Position numbers and translations under genes: made by a program. Shown in pieces: positions 47,043 to 57,188 of a DNA stretch of 64,000 nucleotides (position 1 is the first letter of the stretch; each line of letters begins with the position of its first letter). The stretch is taken from contig JALOCI010000003.1 in the NCBI GenBank assembly GCA_023227835.1, positions 54,520 through 118,519 of the forward strand, read 5' to 3'. The notes beneath the pieces were generated by a model, which saw nothing but the letters and a program-made list of their open reading frames with translations, was not told where the DNA came from and searched no databases. This DNA is from Bacteroidales bacterium. GTDB taxonomy: Bacteria > Bacteroidota > Bacteroidia > Bacteroidales > UBA932.

Positions 47043-48959
47043 TTACTTGTTAGCCTGATCTTTGCTCTCCATTTCGCTCTTAAGAGCTGCAAGTTCGCTG
47101 ATGTCACCAAGTGTTGTTTTTTCAAGGTTGGCTTTAAGTTTCTTAACTGCTTTTTGAGTTGAATCTGCCTCACTGTCAGTTCTTTCTCTAGGCTCCTCTC
47201 TCTTGGTGTCTTCGAAAAGTTTTGAGTGTGAGAGAACGATTCTCTTAGTACTCTTATTGAATTCAAGTACCTTGAAATCGAGTTTTTCTTCAACTTTTGC
47301 AGTTGTTCCATCCTCTTTCACAAGATTTCTCATGCTTACATATCCCTCTACTCCATAAGCAAGTGCAACTGTAGCGCCTTTGTCAACGAAAGAGGTAATT
47401 GTACCTTCATGAACCGAACCTACTGTAAATACAGACTCAAACACATCCCAAGGATTTTCCTCAAGCTGTTTGTGACCAAGGCTGAGACGACGGTTTTCCT
47501 GATCTACTTCAAGAACCAGCACATCGAGTTTCTCTCCTACTGAAGTGAACTCTGATGGATGTTTGACTTTCTTGGTCCATGAGAGGTCACTGATGTGTAC
47601 AAGGCCGTCAACGCCTTCTTCGAGTTCAACGAAAACACCGAAGTTGGTAAAGTTACGGACAGTTGCTGTACATTTTGTACCTACAGGATACTTCTCTGCG
47701 ATTGTAGCCCATGGGTCAGATTTAAGCTGTTTGATACCTAAAGACATCTTTCTCTCGTCTCTGTCAAGGGTAAGTATAACTGCCTCAACTTCGTCTCCTA
47801 CCTTAAGGAAATCCTGAGCACTGCGCAGGTGGAGTGACCATGACATCTCAGATACGTGGATAAGACCCTCAACACCAGGCTGAATTTCAATAAATGCACC
47901 ATAGTCAGCAATGACAACTACTTTACCTTTTACCTTGTCACCTACCTGTAAGTTTGCATCAAGAGCATCCCAAGGATGCGGGCTGAGTTGCTTCAAGCCT
48001 AAAGCTATACGTTTCTTTGTATCGTCAAAGTCAAGGATAACGACGTTGATCTTCTGATCAAGTTGTACAACCTCTTCAGGATGATTAATTCTGCCCCACG
48101 ACAGGTCTGTGATGTGGATAAGTCCGTCAACACCACCCAGGTCTATAAATACACCATATGATGTAATGTTCTTAACTACACCCTCAAGGATCTGGCCTTT
48201 CTCGAGTTTACCGATGATGTCTGCCTTCTGTGCTTCAAGCTCTGCCTCGATGAGTGCTTTATGAGAAACCACAACGTTGCGGAATTCATGGTTGATCTTC
48301 ACGATCTTGAACTCCATTGTCTTGTTGACAAAAATATCGTAATCACGTATTGGTTTAACATCTATTTGAGATCCAGGGAGGAATGCCTCTATTCCAAACA
48401 CATCCACAATCATACCACCCTTAGTCCTGCACTTGATATAACCCTTAACGATTTCATCCTTGTCAAATGCCTCGTTAACTCTATCCCAAGAACGGAGAGA
48501 ACGGGCCTTTTTGTGTGAAAGAAGAAGCTGTCCTTTTTTATCCTCGGCATTTTCAACATATACTTCTACCTTGTCACCTATTGCGAGATCCGGATTATAA
48601 CGGAACTCATTGATACTGATAACACCTTCACTCTTGTAACCGATGTTTACGATTACCTCTCTCTTGTTAAGGTTTACCACAGTACCTTCTACAACCTCAT
48701 TCTCAATAACTTTTGAGAGTGTCTGGCTGTAACGGTCTTCAATCACTGATTTCTCAGTGTCGTACACTGTCTCTTTTTCGAACGCATCCCAGTCAAATTT
48801 GTCAATTGAAACTGATGCATTACTTTTACGTTTTCTTGTTGATTCCTCTGCTACGGCAGCAGCGTCATCCTCGATGAAAGCTTCGAGCTTCTCCTCTTTG
48901 TTGATTGCAACAACCGGCTCTTCTTGCTCCATCTCTTCTTTTTTTAGATCTTTTACCAT
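47043..48959 (-). CDS. rpsA: 30S ribosomal protein S1
   Basis: 638 aa with six tandem S1 (OB-fold) domains, shown by repeated G.V....GA/GVF(V/I)(D/E)(L/I) patterns, and an acidic/lysine-rich C-terminal tail. Confidence 0.95.
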   Translation of the reverse strand: MVKDLKKEEMEQEEPVVAINKEEKLEAFIEDDAAAVAEESTRKRKSNASVSIDKFDWDAFEKETVYDTEKSVIEDRYSQTLSKVIENEVVEGTVVNLNKREVIVNIGYKSEGVISINEFRYNPDLAIGDKVEVYVENAEDKKGQLLLSHKKARSLRSWDRVNEAFDKDEIVKGYIKCRTKGGMIVDVFGIEAFLPGSQIDVKPIRDYDIFVNKTMEFKIVKINHEFRNVVVSHKALIEAELEAQKADIIGKLEKGQILEGVVKNITSYGVFIDLGGVDGLIHITDLSWGRINHPEEVVQLDQKINVVILDFDDTKKRIALGLKQLSPHPWDALDANLQVGDKVKGKVVVIADYGAFIEIQPGVEGLIHVSEMSWSLHLRSAQDFLKVGDEVEAVILTLDRDERKMSLGIKQLKSDPWATIAEKYPVGTKCTATVRNFTNFGVFVELEEGVDGLVHISDLSWTKKVKHPSEFTSVGEKLDVLVLEVDQENRRLSLGHKQLEENPWDVFESVFTVGSVHEGTITSFVDKGATVALAYGVEGYVSMRNLVKEDGTTAKVEEKLDFKVLEFNKSTKRIVLSHSKLFEDTKREEPRERTDSEADSTQKAVKKLKANLEKTTLGDISELAALKSEMESKDQANK

Positions 48960-49100
48960 TTTAATTGTTAGAAATTAAGTAGTTAGACATTATTTATAGA
49001 GTGCCTTATAAGTTGGCAAATTTAAAGATATTTTTTTGGTAATCCAAAATTATTGAAAAATAGGCCATTTGGGCTATCTTTGATTTTTAAAATTCTTGTT

Positions 49101-50387
49101 ATGAGCAAAGCAAATGGATTCGGCTCCTTCTCGAGGAACTTCTGGACAGCAATCATTATGGAATTCTTTGAAAGAGGTTCCTACTATTCCGTCATGTCAA
49201 TTTTGTCAGTTTACCTGATACTTTCACCTGATGCGGGCGGGCTCGGTTTTTCAAAGGAGCAGGCAGGTTCCGTCCTGGGAATAATTCCGCCTCTGCTCTA
49301 TCTCTTGCCGATAATTTCCGGTGCCATAGCGGAAAGATACGGTTACCGTAAAGTTTTGTTCTTTGCATTTTTATGTATTATTGCAGGTTATATGTTCGCT
49401 GGTATTTCTGCCACTTACGCAATGATACTGCTTTCACTACTGGTCTTGGCAACAGGTGCCGGATTCTTCAAGCCTGTCATCTCCGGAACTATTGCAAGAT
49501 CAACCAATGAAAACAATTCAAGTCTCGGTTTCGGCATATACTACTGGTCTATAAACCTCGGCGCGTTTCTTTTTCCGCTCATCCTTGTCCCGATGCTGAA
49601 AAAAATATCCTACAGCTATATTTTTTACATGGCATCCATTGCCGGCATCATTCTCCTTTTACTTAACATCTTTTTGTATCAAGAGCCGCAAAAAAGGCAA
49701 TCGGACAAGAGTCTTCCTCAGGTATTCAAAGAGATGCTACTGGTGATAAAAGACTGGAAATTTCTGCTTATGATACTTATATATTCCGGCTTCTGGATTC
49801 TCTACTTTCAGATGTACGGGACTGTACTGTGGTATGTAAAGGATTACATGGATATGGCGCCTATAAACAATGTCGTAAATTCGTTTCTCTCTGTTTTTAC
49901 AGTAAATCCATCATGGAAGTTCGACGTTGAACATGTGACTGTAATCAATGCAGGTGTCATTATAATGTTGCAGCTTGTAGTCTCAAATCTGGTGAAAAAC
50001 TGGAAAGCATTACCAACAATGATTATTGGCATCGGGTTAGGAACTGCTGGAATGTTCATTCTCTCACTCTCTTCAGACCCGTGGGTGTTTATATTCGGCC
50101 TTATAACCTTCACTTTGGGAGAGATGACTACACATCCGAAATTTATATCATACATTGGATTGATTGCGCCATCTGACAAGAAAGCACTGTATCTCGGATA
50201 CTCTTTTCTATACGGTGTTATAGGAAGCAGTGTCGGAGGATTTCTTGGTTCCCGCCTCTATGTGAAATATGTGGATAATTTGGGAAATCCATCACAATTA
50301 TGGATGATTTTCTCTTGCATAGGAGCTGTCAGTATTGTCTCCCTGATACTTTACAATAAGATCATAGCTACCAAAAAGATCAGTTGA
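49101..50387 (+). CDS. POT/PTR2-family (MFS) di/tripeptide:proton symporter
   Basis: ExxERxxYY signature in IIMEFFERGSYYSVMS. About 12 hydrophobic segments. I prefer the start MSKANGF at 49101 over the TTG at 49053. Confidence 0.8.
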   Translation: MSKANGFGSFSRNFWTAIIMEFFERGSYYSVMSILSVYLILSPDAGGLGFSKEQAGSVLGIIPPLLYLLPIISGAIAERYGYRKVLFFAFLCIIAGYMFAGISATYAMILLSLLVLATGAGFFKPVISGTIARSTNENNSSLGFGIYYWSINLGAFLFPLILVPMLKKISYSYIFYMASIAGIILLLLNIFLYQEPQKRQSDKSLPQVFKEMLLVIKDWKFLLMILIYSGFWILYFQMYGTVLWYVKDYMDMAPINNVVNSFLSVFTVNPSWKFDVEHVTVINAGVIIMLQLVVSNLVKNWKALPTMIIGIGLGTAGMFILSLSSDPWVFIFGLITFTLGEMTTHPKFISYIGLIAPSDKKALYLGYSFLYGVIGSSVGGFLGSRLYVKYVDNLGNPSQLWMIFSCIGAVSIVSLILYNKIIATKKIS

Positions 50388-51333
50388 GCATTTTCTTCCG
50401 AAAGAAGATAAATGTCACTATCAATACGGCAACGACCATTATCAACATTATAAACAGAAAGTCCATATTTCCGAATCCGGGAAGCTTGACATTCATCCCG
50501 AATACGCTGGCTATTAAGGTTGGAGGAAGAAATAATAAAGACACAAATGTAAAAATCTTCATAATACGGTTCTGTTCAAGGTTAATCAGACCGAGAACCG
50601 TGTTCTGCAGATATTCAAGTCTTTCAAAACTGAAGTTTGTATGGTTTATCAGGGAGTTAACGTCTTTGATGAGAACATCCAGTTTTGCAAAAAGGTCTCT
50701 CGGGAACTTGTCACTTTTCAGGATCCCGGATATCATCCTTTGCTTATCGACTATATTCTCTCTTACCAACATTGTGTTTTCCTGTAACTGTGTTATATCC
50801 AGAAGAAGATCTTCTCCCATGGTTCCTCCCAGACTCACTTTTTTACTATATTGAGCAATCTCCTTGGACATCAACTCAATCATGTCAGCATCAAGGTCTA
50901 TCCTGTTTTCAAGAATTCCGACTAAAATATGATACCCCGTCGGGAGTATCCGGTAATTAGCCATTATACGGCGTTGAATATCGGTAAAGCTCCTTAGAGG
51001 CACGTGGCGTATGGTTACTATTATTCCTTCACACAGGATGAACGATACTGCCTCCATACTGTAACTCTCAGGACCGGGTATAAGAAAGTTAGTGTTTGCG
51101 AATATTGTATTCTCTGTTTCAGAGTATCTCGATGAACTTTCAATCTCTTCTGCCTGAGCACGGCTTTGCAGGTTTGTATTGAGAAATTCCTCTATTGTTC
51201 TCTTCTCTTCTCCGGTAGGAGAAAAAAGATCAATCCACAAAACGTCGTCATAACCCAGATTGTCAAGAGCACTTATTTCATCAGTAGTTATTACCTGTCC
51301 TTTATTTTTGTAAAATATTTCGAGCATGGTCAA
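50380..51333 (-). CDS. corA: magnesium/cobalt transporter CorA
   Basis: C-terminal two TM helices with the GMN signature (VFGMNVKLPG). 317 aa. Confidence 0.85.
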   Translation of the reverse strand: MTMLEIFYKNKGQVITTDEISALDNLGYDDVLWIDLFSPTGEEKRTIEEFLNTNLQSRAQAEEIESSSRYSETENTIFANTNFLIPGPESYSMEAVSFILCEGIIVTIRHVPLRSFTDIQRRIMANYRILPTGYHILVGILENRIDLDADMIELMSKEIAQYSKKVSLGGTMGEDLLLDITQLQENTMLVRENIVDKQRMISGILKSDKFPRDLFAKLDVLIKDVNSLINHTNFSFERLEYLQNTVLGLINLEQNRIMKIFTFVSLLFLPPTLIASVFGMNVKLPGFGNMDFLFIMLIMVVAVLIVTFIFFRKKMLN

Positions 51334-51387
51334 TTCCTTTAATGGTTTATAACTAAATCATCTACCGTTAACTAAACGGCACAGGGT

Positions 51388-52155
51388 TTAGCCGAACCAT
51401 CGGACTTTTGACTTTAACTCATCAAGGGCAAGCGACCAGAATTCAGCAAGACCTTTTCTTTTGTCCGCACTGAGATTAAACGACACATTCTCTGCAAGGT
51501 ATTTCAATGCATACTCTTTATTGAATCCGTTAGAATATTTGTCTACTGCTTTGTCGATATTCATCACTCCCAACCTGAGCGCATCATTGAACTCATTTAC
51601 AAATGAGGGATCAAGATCTCTGTTGGCAGTCCAGCAAGCAAAGACAAAAGGAAGGTTGGTGAATTTTATCCACTCTTCTGCCAAGTCATATACATACTTG
51701 AAATCACCACCTTTTCTGAGTGCCTTGTCTCCTATCAGGAGGTAACTTTTCTCCGGATCAATTTCAGACTGAGAGAAATTATACGGGATATATTCGGGTG
51801 ATATCTTCCAGAAACTTTTTGCCAATAATTTTGTCAACAACACAGATGTTCTTGACTCAGTATCAAGGAATATCTTATTTACCTGATTAATGGGGATTCC
51901 GCTGCATAATAAGACAGATGCGACCTTATCTTCTGCCCCTATACAGAAATCTGAGAAAATCAGGTTATTGTTTATTTCTGGTATGGCAGCAACCGGAACG
52001 ATACTTATATCTGTAAGACCGCTAGCTAATTTATAAGCCGATTCAGCCGGTGTGGAAAACTCCAGATCAATATACCTGCTTACGGGATGGTTTTGTAACC
52101 CGTAGACAAATGGAATTGTATTCAGATATGATATGGCTGATACACGGATGAGCAT
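51388..52155 (-). CDS. mqnA: MqnA-family protein (chorismate dehydratase, futalosine menaquinone pathway; MqnA/MqnD fold)
   Basis: The N-terminus IRVSAISYLNTIPFVYGL is the typical MqnA start. The 255-aa periplasmic-binding-protein-like fold length fits. Confidence 0.7.
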   Translation of the reverse strand: MLIRVSAISYLNTIPFVYGLQNHPVSRYIDLEFSTPAESAYKLASGLTDISIVPVAAIPEINNNLIFSDFCIGAEDKVASVLLCSGIPINQVNKIFLDTESRTSVLLTKLLAKSFWKISPEYIPYNFSQSEIDPEKSYLLIGDKALRKGGDFKYVYDLAEEWIKFTNLPFVFACWTANRDLDPSFVNEFNDALRLGVMNIDKAVDKYSNGFNKEYALKYLAENVSFNLSADKRKGLAEFWSLALDELKSKVRWFG

Positions 52156-52198
52156 TACTTATCGGTTTTGTAGGGCGCTATTCAGGCCGGCCGCAAAG

Positions 52199-52774
52199 TT
52201 AAGATAAAATATTTAAATGCTCAACCAATATTTTCACACCAATAATTACAAGGATTATCCCTCCCAATATTTCGGACCTTTTCCCGGCCTTTATTCCAAT
52301 CTTCCTTCCCCACTTCAATCCTATGGCAGAAGCGATAGCAGTTGTCAGGAAAATAGCCATAGCCGTTACAAAAATACGGGCTACCGGAATATCAATTACC
52401 GCAAGTGTAACACCGACAGCAAGAGCATCTATGCTTGTAGCAACTCCTGCAGCAATCATTATTTTAAAATTCCTTATGTCGATACATTTATCATCTTCAG
52501 CACTGGAAAAAGCCTCCCATATCATTTTACCGCCGATATAAAAAAGTACTGCAAAGGCAATCCAGTGATCCACACAACTGATCAGACTTTCAAGTCCGCT
52601 TCCCAGTAACCATCCGGCAAGAGTTAAAAATGACTGAATAAATGCAAAAGTCAGTGTAATCTTTAGAAATTCCGCCCGCTTTATCTGAGGCAGACATATT
52701 CCGGAAGAGAGAGAGACCGCAAATGTGTCGAAACAAAGTCCTACAGCCAGTATTATAATCTCCAGAAGATTCAT
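52199..52774 (-). CDS. mntP: manganese efflux pump MntP
   Basis: 191 aa and 6 TM. DxFAV motifs in both halves (LCFDTFAVSLS and TSIDALAVGVT). The ATG shares one base with the upstream symporter's TGA (TGATG). Confidence 0.85.
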   Translation of the reverse strand: MNLLEIIILAVGLCFDTFAVSLSSGICLPQIKRAEFLKITLTFAFIQSFLTLAGWLLGSGLESLISCVDHWIAFAVLFYIGGKMIWEAFSSAEDDKCIDIRNFKIMIAAGVATSIDALAVGVTLAVIDIPVARIFVTAMAIFLTTAIASAIGLKWGRKIGIKAGKRSEILGGIILVIIGVKILVEHLNILS

Positions 52775-54273
52775 CAGGCCTTAACCTTACGCTCTCTTAA
52801 TAGATACATAGCTGCAAATGTTATGAGACCGTTCATGATAAGAATTGTGAAACCAAATCCGAACCCGAGGAACTCTTTGCCGGCAAAGTCAAGGATATAG
52901 CACAAAAGAGGAGAGCCGAGAGCCACATAAGGCATATATCTATCCTTCACATTGTGCTTTGTCAGCAACCCGAAAAAGAAAAATCCCAGGAGAGGCCCAT
53001 AAGTGTAAGAAGCGAGTAGGTAAACCAGATCGATAACTGTTTGGTTATTTACTGCGTAGAGGACAAGTATGATTATGAAAAACAACAATGCAAAGCCTGC
53101 ATGAGCTAGTTGTCTGATATTCTGTTTTCTTTTTTCAGACAGGTCCTTTCTTTTGTTAAAGCCCATGAAATCTATGCAAAACGATATGGTAAGGGATGTC
53201 AGTGCTCCTCCCGCACTAGGATATGAGGCAGAGATAAGGCCTATAATAAAGAATAATCCGACCCCAAGACCAAGATACTGACTCGCTATTACAGGGAAAA
53301 GTTTGTCCGTCTGTGCCTTTGTAAATACTCCAGCTGCATCTGCAAGGCCGATATTGTGCATTCCGCCGAGTTTGGAACTTACAAAAATTGCCAGAAGAGC
53401 ACCCATCAAAAGGAAGAAAAAGTTTACAACAACGATTGTGATGCTGGTTGTATATATATTCTTCTTTGCTTCCCCTATGTTCTTACATGAAAGATTTTTC
53501 TGCATCATCTCCTGATCAAGGCCGGTCATTGCCACGGTTATAAACATTCCGCTGACGAACTGTTTGATAGCATTCGTCCCATGAGACCACTCCCAGTCAA
53601 ACCAACTTGAATAATCAGTAGATGAAACGGCAGAGAGCATCTCTCCGAAATTCCAGCCCATGGCTTTTGAAATCGAGACTATAGTCAAAAATACGGCTAG
53701 CAGCATGAATGTTGTCTGAAGCACATCTGTCCATATTATTGTCTTTACTCCTCCCTTGAAGGTATAAAGAAATATAAGCAGCATAAATATAAATGCAACA
53801 ACCCAGAATGGAGTCGAACCCGCAGGAAGGAATGTGTGAAGCACAAGTACAACAACAAATATCCTAACGGCAGCACCCAGTACCCTCGATACCATAAATA
53901 CCGATGCACCCGTCTTATAGGTAAAGAATCCGAAGCGATGCTCTAGATAGGTATATATTGATGTCAGATTCATCTTATAATACAGCGGTATCAGTACGGT
54001 AGCTATAATTATATATCCGACCACAAATCCCAGAACAAGAGGCATATAGTAGAAATTCTGATTCAACACATTTCCCGGAACAGAGATAAATGTCACACCT
54101 GATATGGAGGTTCCTACCATACCATAGGCAACTATATACCAGGGAGATTTCTTATTGCCGGAGAAAAATGCTCCTGTGTCAGCTTTTCTTGATGTATACC
54201 ACGATACTGCAAAGAGCATTATTGTGTAGACTGTAAAGGCTATTAGCAGCCAAGATACCGGGAATTGATGCAT
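52774..54273 (-). CDS. sodium:solute symporter (SSS) family transporter
   Basis: 499 aa with about 13 to 14 hydrophobic helices. N-terminal pattern FFSGNKKSPWYIVAYGMVGTSISGVTFISVPG is typical of the SSS family. Confidence 0.8.
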   Translation of the reverse strand: MHQFPVSWLLIAFTVYTIMLFAVSWYTSRKADTGAFFSGNKKSPWYIVAYGMVGTSISGVTFISVPGNVLNQNFYYMPLVLGFVVGYIIIATVLIPLYYKMNLTSIYTYLEHRFGFFTYKTGASVFMVSRVLGAAVRIFVVVLVLHTFLPAGSTPFWVVAFIFMLLIFLYTFKGGVKTIIWTDVLQTTFMLLAVFLTIVSISKAMGWNFGEMLSAVSSTDYSSWFDWEWSHGTNAIKQFVSGMFITVAMTGLDQEMMQKNLSCKNIGEAKKNIYTTSITIVVVNFFFLLMGALLAIFVSSKLGGMHNIGLADAAGVFTKAQTDKLFPVIASQYLGLGVGLFFIIGLISASYPSAGGALTSLTISFCIDFMGFNKRKDLSEKRKQNIRQLAHAGFALLFFIIILVLYAVNNQTVIDLVYLLASYTYGPLLGFFFFGLLTKHNVKDRYMPYVALGSPLLCYILDFAGKEFLGFGFGFTILIMNGLITFAAMYLLRERKVKA

Positions 54274-54287
54274 GATTATAGTTTTTA

Positions 54288-54908
54288 TTATTTAATTGGC
54301 ACAAATGGTTGTCGGTTCTGAATCGATCTTCCAAGAGTAATTTCATCAGTGTACTCCAGTTCATCTCCAAATCCTATACCTCTTGCAATAGTACTTATCT
54401 TTATATTGAACTTGCTTAGTAATTTATAGAGATAGAATGATGTCGTCTCTCCCTCCATAGTAGTACTGAGAACAATTAATACCTCTTTTACCTCCTCTTT
54501 TTCAGCCCTTTTTAAAAGCTGATCTACAGTAAGGTCTGAGGGGCCTATCCCATCCATCGGAGAGATGATTCCGCCGAGAACATGATAAAGACCGTTGTAC
54601 TGCATTGTATTCTCAATGCTTATTACATCCCTGACATTTTCTACTACACATATTATGGATGAATCTCGTTTTGTATCACTACAGATATCACAGATATCGT
54701 TGTCTGATATCATGCTGCAATTTTTACAAAACTTCGTCTCTTTACTTAATTTGATGATAGACTGGCCGAACCGTTCGACATTATCCTTAGGTTGCTTAAG
54801 CAGATGAAGCGCGAATCTGAGTGCGCTTTTGCGGCCGACACCAGGCAGGGAAGACAACTCATCAACTGCGTCTTGAAGTAATCTGGAGGGATAATTACGG
54901 GAGTACAT
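54288..54908 (-). CDS. recR: recombination protein RecR
   Basis: HhH motif LSSLPGVGRKSALRFALHLL, Cys4 zinc finger CKNCSMISDNDICDIC, and a Toprim domain. Confidence 0.9.
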   Translation of the reverse strand: MYSRNYPSRLLQDAVDELSSLPGVGRKSALRFALHLLKQPKDNVERFGQSIIKLSKETKFCKNCSMISDNDICDICSDTKRDSSIICVVENVRDVISIENTMQYNGLYHVLGGIISPMDGIGPSDLTVDQLLKRAEKEEVKEVLIVLSTTMEGETTSFYLYKLLSKFNIKISTIARGIGFGDELEYTDEITLGRSIQNRQPFVPIK

Positions 54909-55730
54909 CTACCCTCTTTTATTTATAGAATTAAAAAAGTCAACAGCTTTTCTAACAGAACCGTTATTTAACAGAAGAGATTTTGCATATTCATAGTCAT
55001 CCGAACCAATCTCTTCCATAATCATTTTAGTACCACGGTCAACCAATTTTGCATTTGTGAGCTGCATGTCTACCATTTTATTTCCCTTGACATGACCGAG
55101 CTTTATCATAGAAGCCGTTGATATCATATTCAGGATAAGTTTCTGAGCAGTACCGGACTTCATTCTTGTGCTACCTGTAACAAACTCAGGTCCTACTATG
55201 GCAACTATAGGGATTTCAACCTCAGCTGCCAATGGAGAATCAGGGTTACATGTAACGCAAGCTGTAAGAATGCCCCTTTTCCTGGCCTCTTTTACTGCAC
55301 CGATGACATATGGAGTAGTTCCCGAAGCAGCGATTCCGACTACCACGTCATCCTGATCCACACCATATTGCTGCATGTCAAGCCAACCTCCTTCAAAACT
55401 GTCTTCGGCAGCCTCCACAGCTCTTCTTATAGCCTTGTCTCCTCCGGCAATAAGACCTATCATAAGGTCATACGGAGCTCCGAAAGTCGGTGGAATTTCA
55501 GAAGCATCCAATATTCCAAGTCTCCCGCTGGTACCGGCTCCAAGATAGAACACCCTTCCTCCGTTTTGTATTCTGGACACTATTCCGTCAACAAGTGCCT
55601 CTATCTGCGGTATACACAGTTCAACAGCATTAGGGACGGTCTTATCCTCCCGGTTTATATTCTCAAGAAGCTCTTTTGTTGACATTCTGTCAAGGTCACT
55701 ATACTTTGATGATTGTTCTGTTACCTTCAT
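54909..55730 (-). CDS. murQ: N-acetylmuramic acid 6-phosphate etherase
   Basis: SIS domain with YLGAGTSGRLG and the characteristic MurQ-like C-terminal region. 273 aa. Confidence 0.9.
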   Translation of the reverse strand: MKVTEQSSKYSDLDRMSTKELLENINREDKTVPNAVELCIPQIEALVDGIVSRIQNGGRVFYLGAGTSGRLGILDASEIPPTFGAPYDLMIGLIAGGDKAIRRAVEAAEDSFEGGWLDMQQYGVDQDDVVVGIAASGTTPYVIGAVKEARKRGILTACVTCNPDSPLAAEVEIPIVAIVGPEFVTGSTRMKSGTAQKLILNMISTASMIKLGHVKGNKMVDMQLTNAKLVDRGTKMIMEEIGSDDYEYAKSLLLNNGSVRKAVDFFNSINKRG

Positions 55731-55738
55731 TTCTTTGT

Positions 55739-56572
55739 TTATTTGGTTAAGTGGTACTCAACTAGCCCATCTATGGGTGATTTCAAAATTTTTCCTAATG
55801 TAATGCCTTGTTCAGAAGCAACCTTTTTTATCTCATCAGAATAGTAGTATGCCACAGATCCTACAATGTTTAACGGATAAAGTTTATAATCGTATTGCAT
55901 TATATTGCGTGTTATAAAATCCTCAAAGCTTTGTTTGAGTAGCTTTTGGATATATGGATTGCTCTTATTCTCATATATAAAAGGAGAGAAAGAAGCCAGA
56001 AATCTGTTCGGGTACGGCTGTCTGTAAACTTTTTCCACTATGATACCATAATTAAGCCCAAACTGATTATCGAATTTCTCTCGTATATCCTGCGGAATTT
56101 GTCTCTTTAAATAATCCGACAGAAATTTTTTGCCTATAACGGCGCCACTACCCTCATCGCCAAGAATGAAACCGCAGGCAGGGACATTGTCCTTTATTGC
56201 TTTTCCATCATAAAAACAAGAGTTTCCACCCGTACCAAGTATGGCTGCAATACCCGGTTTATGTCCGCACAGTGCTCTGGCTGCTGCCAGCAAGTCGGTA
56301 TATGCAGAAACATCAACCCCGGGGAACACATTTTTGAAACACTCACATAAAGCCCCGGTTTTTTCAGGGGTAACTCCTGCTCCGTAAAAATGAATTTCAT
56401 TGACAGTCCCGGATATGTTTGGCAACAGATTTTTCCTTAACTCCTCAACGATTTGCTCTTCGCTCTGGTAATAAGGATTTATACCCGGAGTCGTTATCTC
56501 TTTTACTGTTCCTTCATTTCCTATAGCTCTCCAGTCTATTTTTGTTGAGCCGCTGTCAGCAATTAGTAGCAT
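55739..56572 (-). CDS. BadF/BadG/BcrA/BcrD-type ATPase sugar kinase (GlcNAc/MurNAc kinase candidate)
   Basis: N-terminus MLLIADSGSTKIDW (ASKHA phosphate-1 motif), then GTGGNS and GDEGSG motifs. Lies directly upstream of murQ, as with the MurK-MurQ pair described in Tannerella forsythia. Confidence 0.7.
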   Translation of the reverse strand: MLLIADSGSTKIDWRAIGNEGTVKEITTPGINPYYQSEEQIVEELRKNLLPNISGTVNEIHFYGAGVTPEKTGALCECFKNVFPGVDVSAYTDLLAAARALCGHKPGIAAILGTGGNSCFYDGKAIKDNVPACGFILGDEGSGAVIGKKFLSDYLKRQIPQDIREKFDNQFGLNYGIIVEKVYRQPYPNRFLASFSPFIYENKSNPYIQKLLKQSFEDFITRNIMQYDYKLYPLNIVGSVAYYYSDEIKKVASEQGITLGKILKSPIDGLVEYHLTK

Positions 56573-56624
56573 CTTAAATTATTTAATGGGCAAAAGTACG
56601 TTTTTTGGTATTTTAATGCAAGTA

Positions 56625-57173
56625 TCATGCTATTTTTCGCCAATGTCTGTATCCGATCAAAGCGGCGAGAAGATAAACGACATATAGAAAAACTGTAGGG
56701 TAAAGCCCCTGACTCGCATAGAGATAAATTGCCACAGCATTGTTGATGATCCATACAATCCAGTTTTCACTATGCTTACCGGTAACCCAATATGTCGCCA
56801 ACAGACTGAGTACGGCTATAAGAGAGTCTGTATATGGCATCGGGTCTGAGCTGTAATTAATAAGAATAAGTGTGACAACCACATATAAAAGAGTTGCTGA
56901 AAGGATTGACAGAAACATTTTTTTCCAGCCAAGGGAATTGACTTTAGGAGAATTCTCTTCATCTGCAGCCTTACCCCATACAATCCACCCATATATGCTC
57001 ATGAGTAAAAAACATACCTGAAGAATTGCAGCGGCATACAATCCTGAATCCAGAAAAACGGTCACGTAGATAAGGGCGGAAATTCCGCCCACTATCCACA
57101 TTGATTTTTTTTGAATTATCTCCAGATATACATATAACAAACCGGCTATTGCCCCCGCAATTTCGACTAACAT
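56625..57173 (-). CDS. pnuT: PnuC-family transporter, predicted thiamine-specific (PnuT) from riboswitch context
   Basis: 182 aa and about 7 TM, with the PnuC-like W-rich pattern (IYGWIVWGK, NWIVWIINN). Lies downstream of a TonB-dependent receptor that is preceded by a TPP riboswitch. Confidence 0.75.
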   Translation of the reverse strand: MLVEIAGAIAGLLYVYLEIIQKKSMWIVGGISALIYVTVFLDSGLYAAAILQVCFLLMSIYGWIVWGKAADEENSPKVNSLGWKKMFLSILSATLLYVVVTLILINYSSDPMPYTDSLIAVLSLLATYWVTGKHSENWIVWIINNAVAIYLYASQGLYPTVFLYVVYLLAALIGYRHWRKIA

Positions 57174-57188
57174 ATATACTTATTTAAT

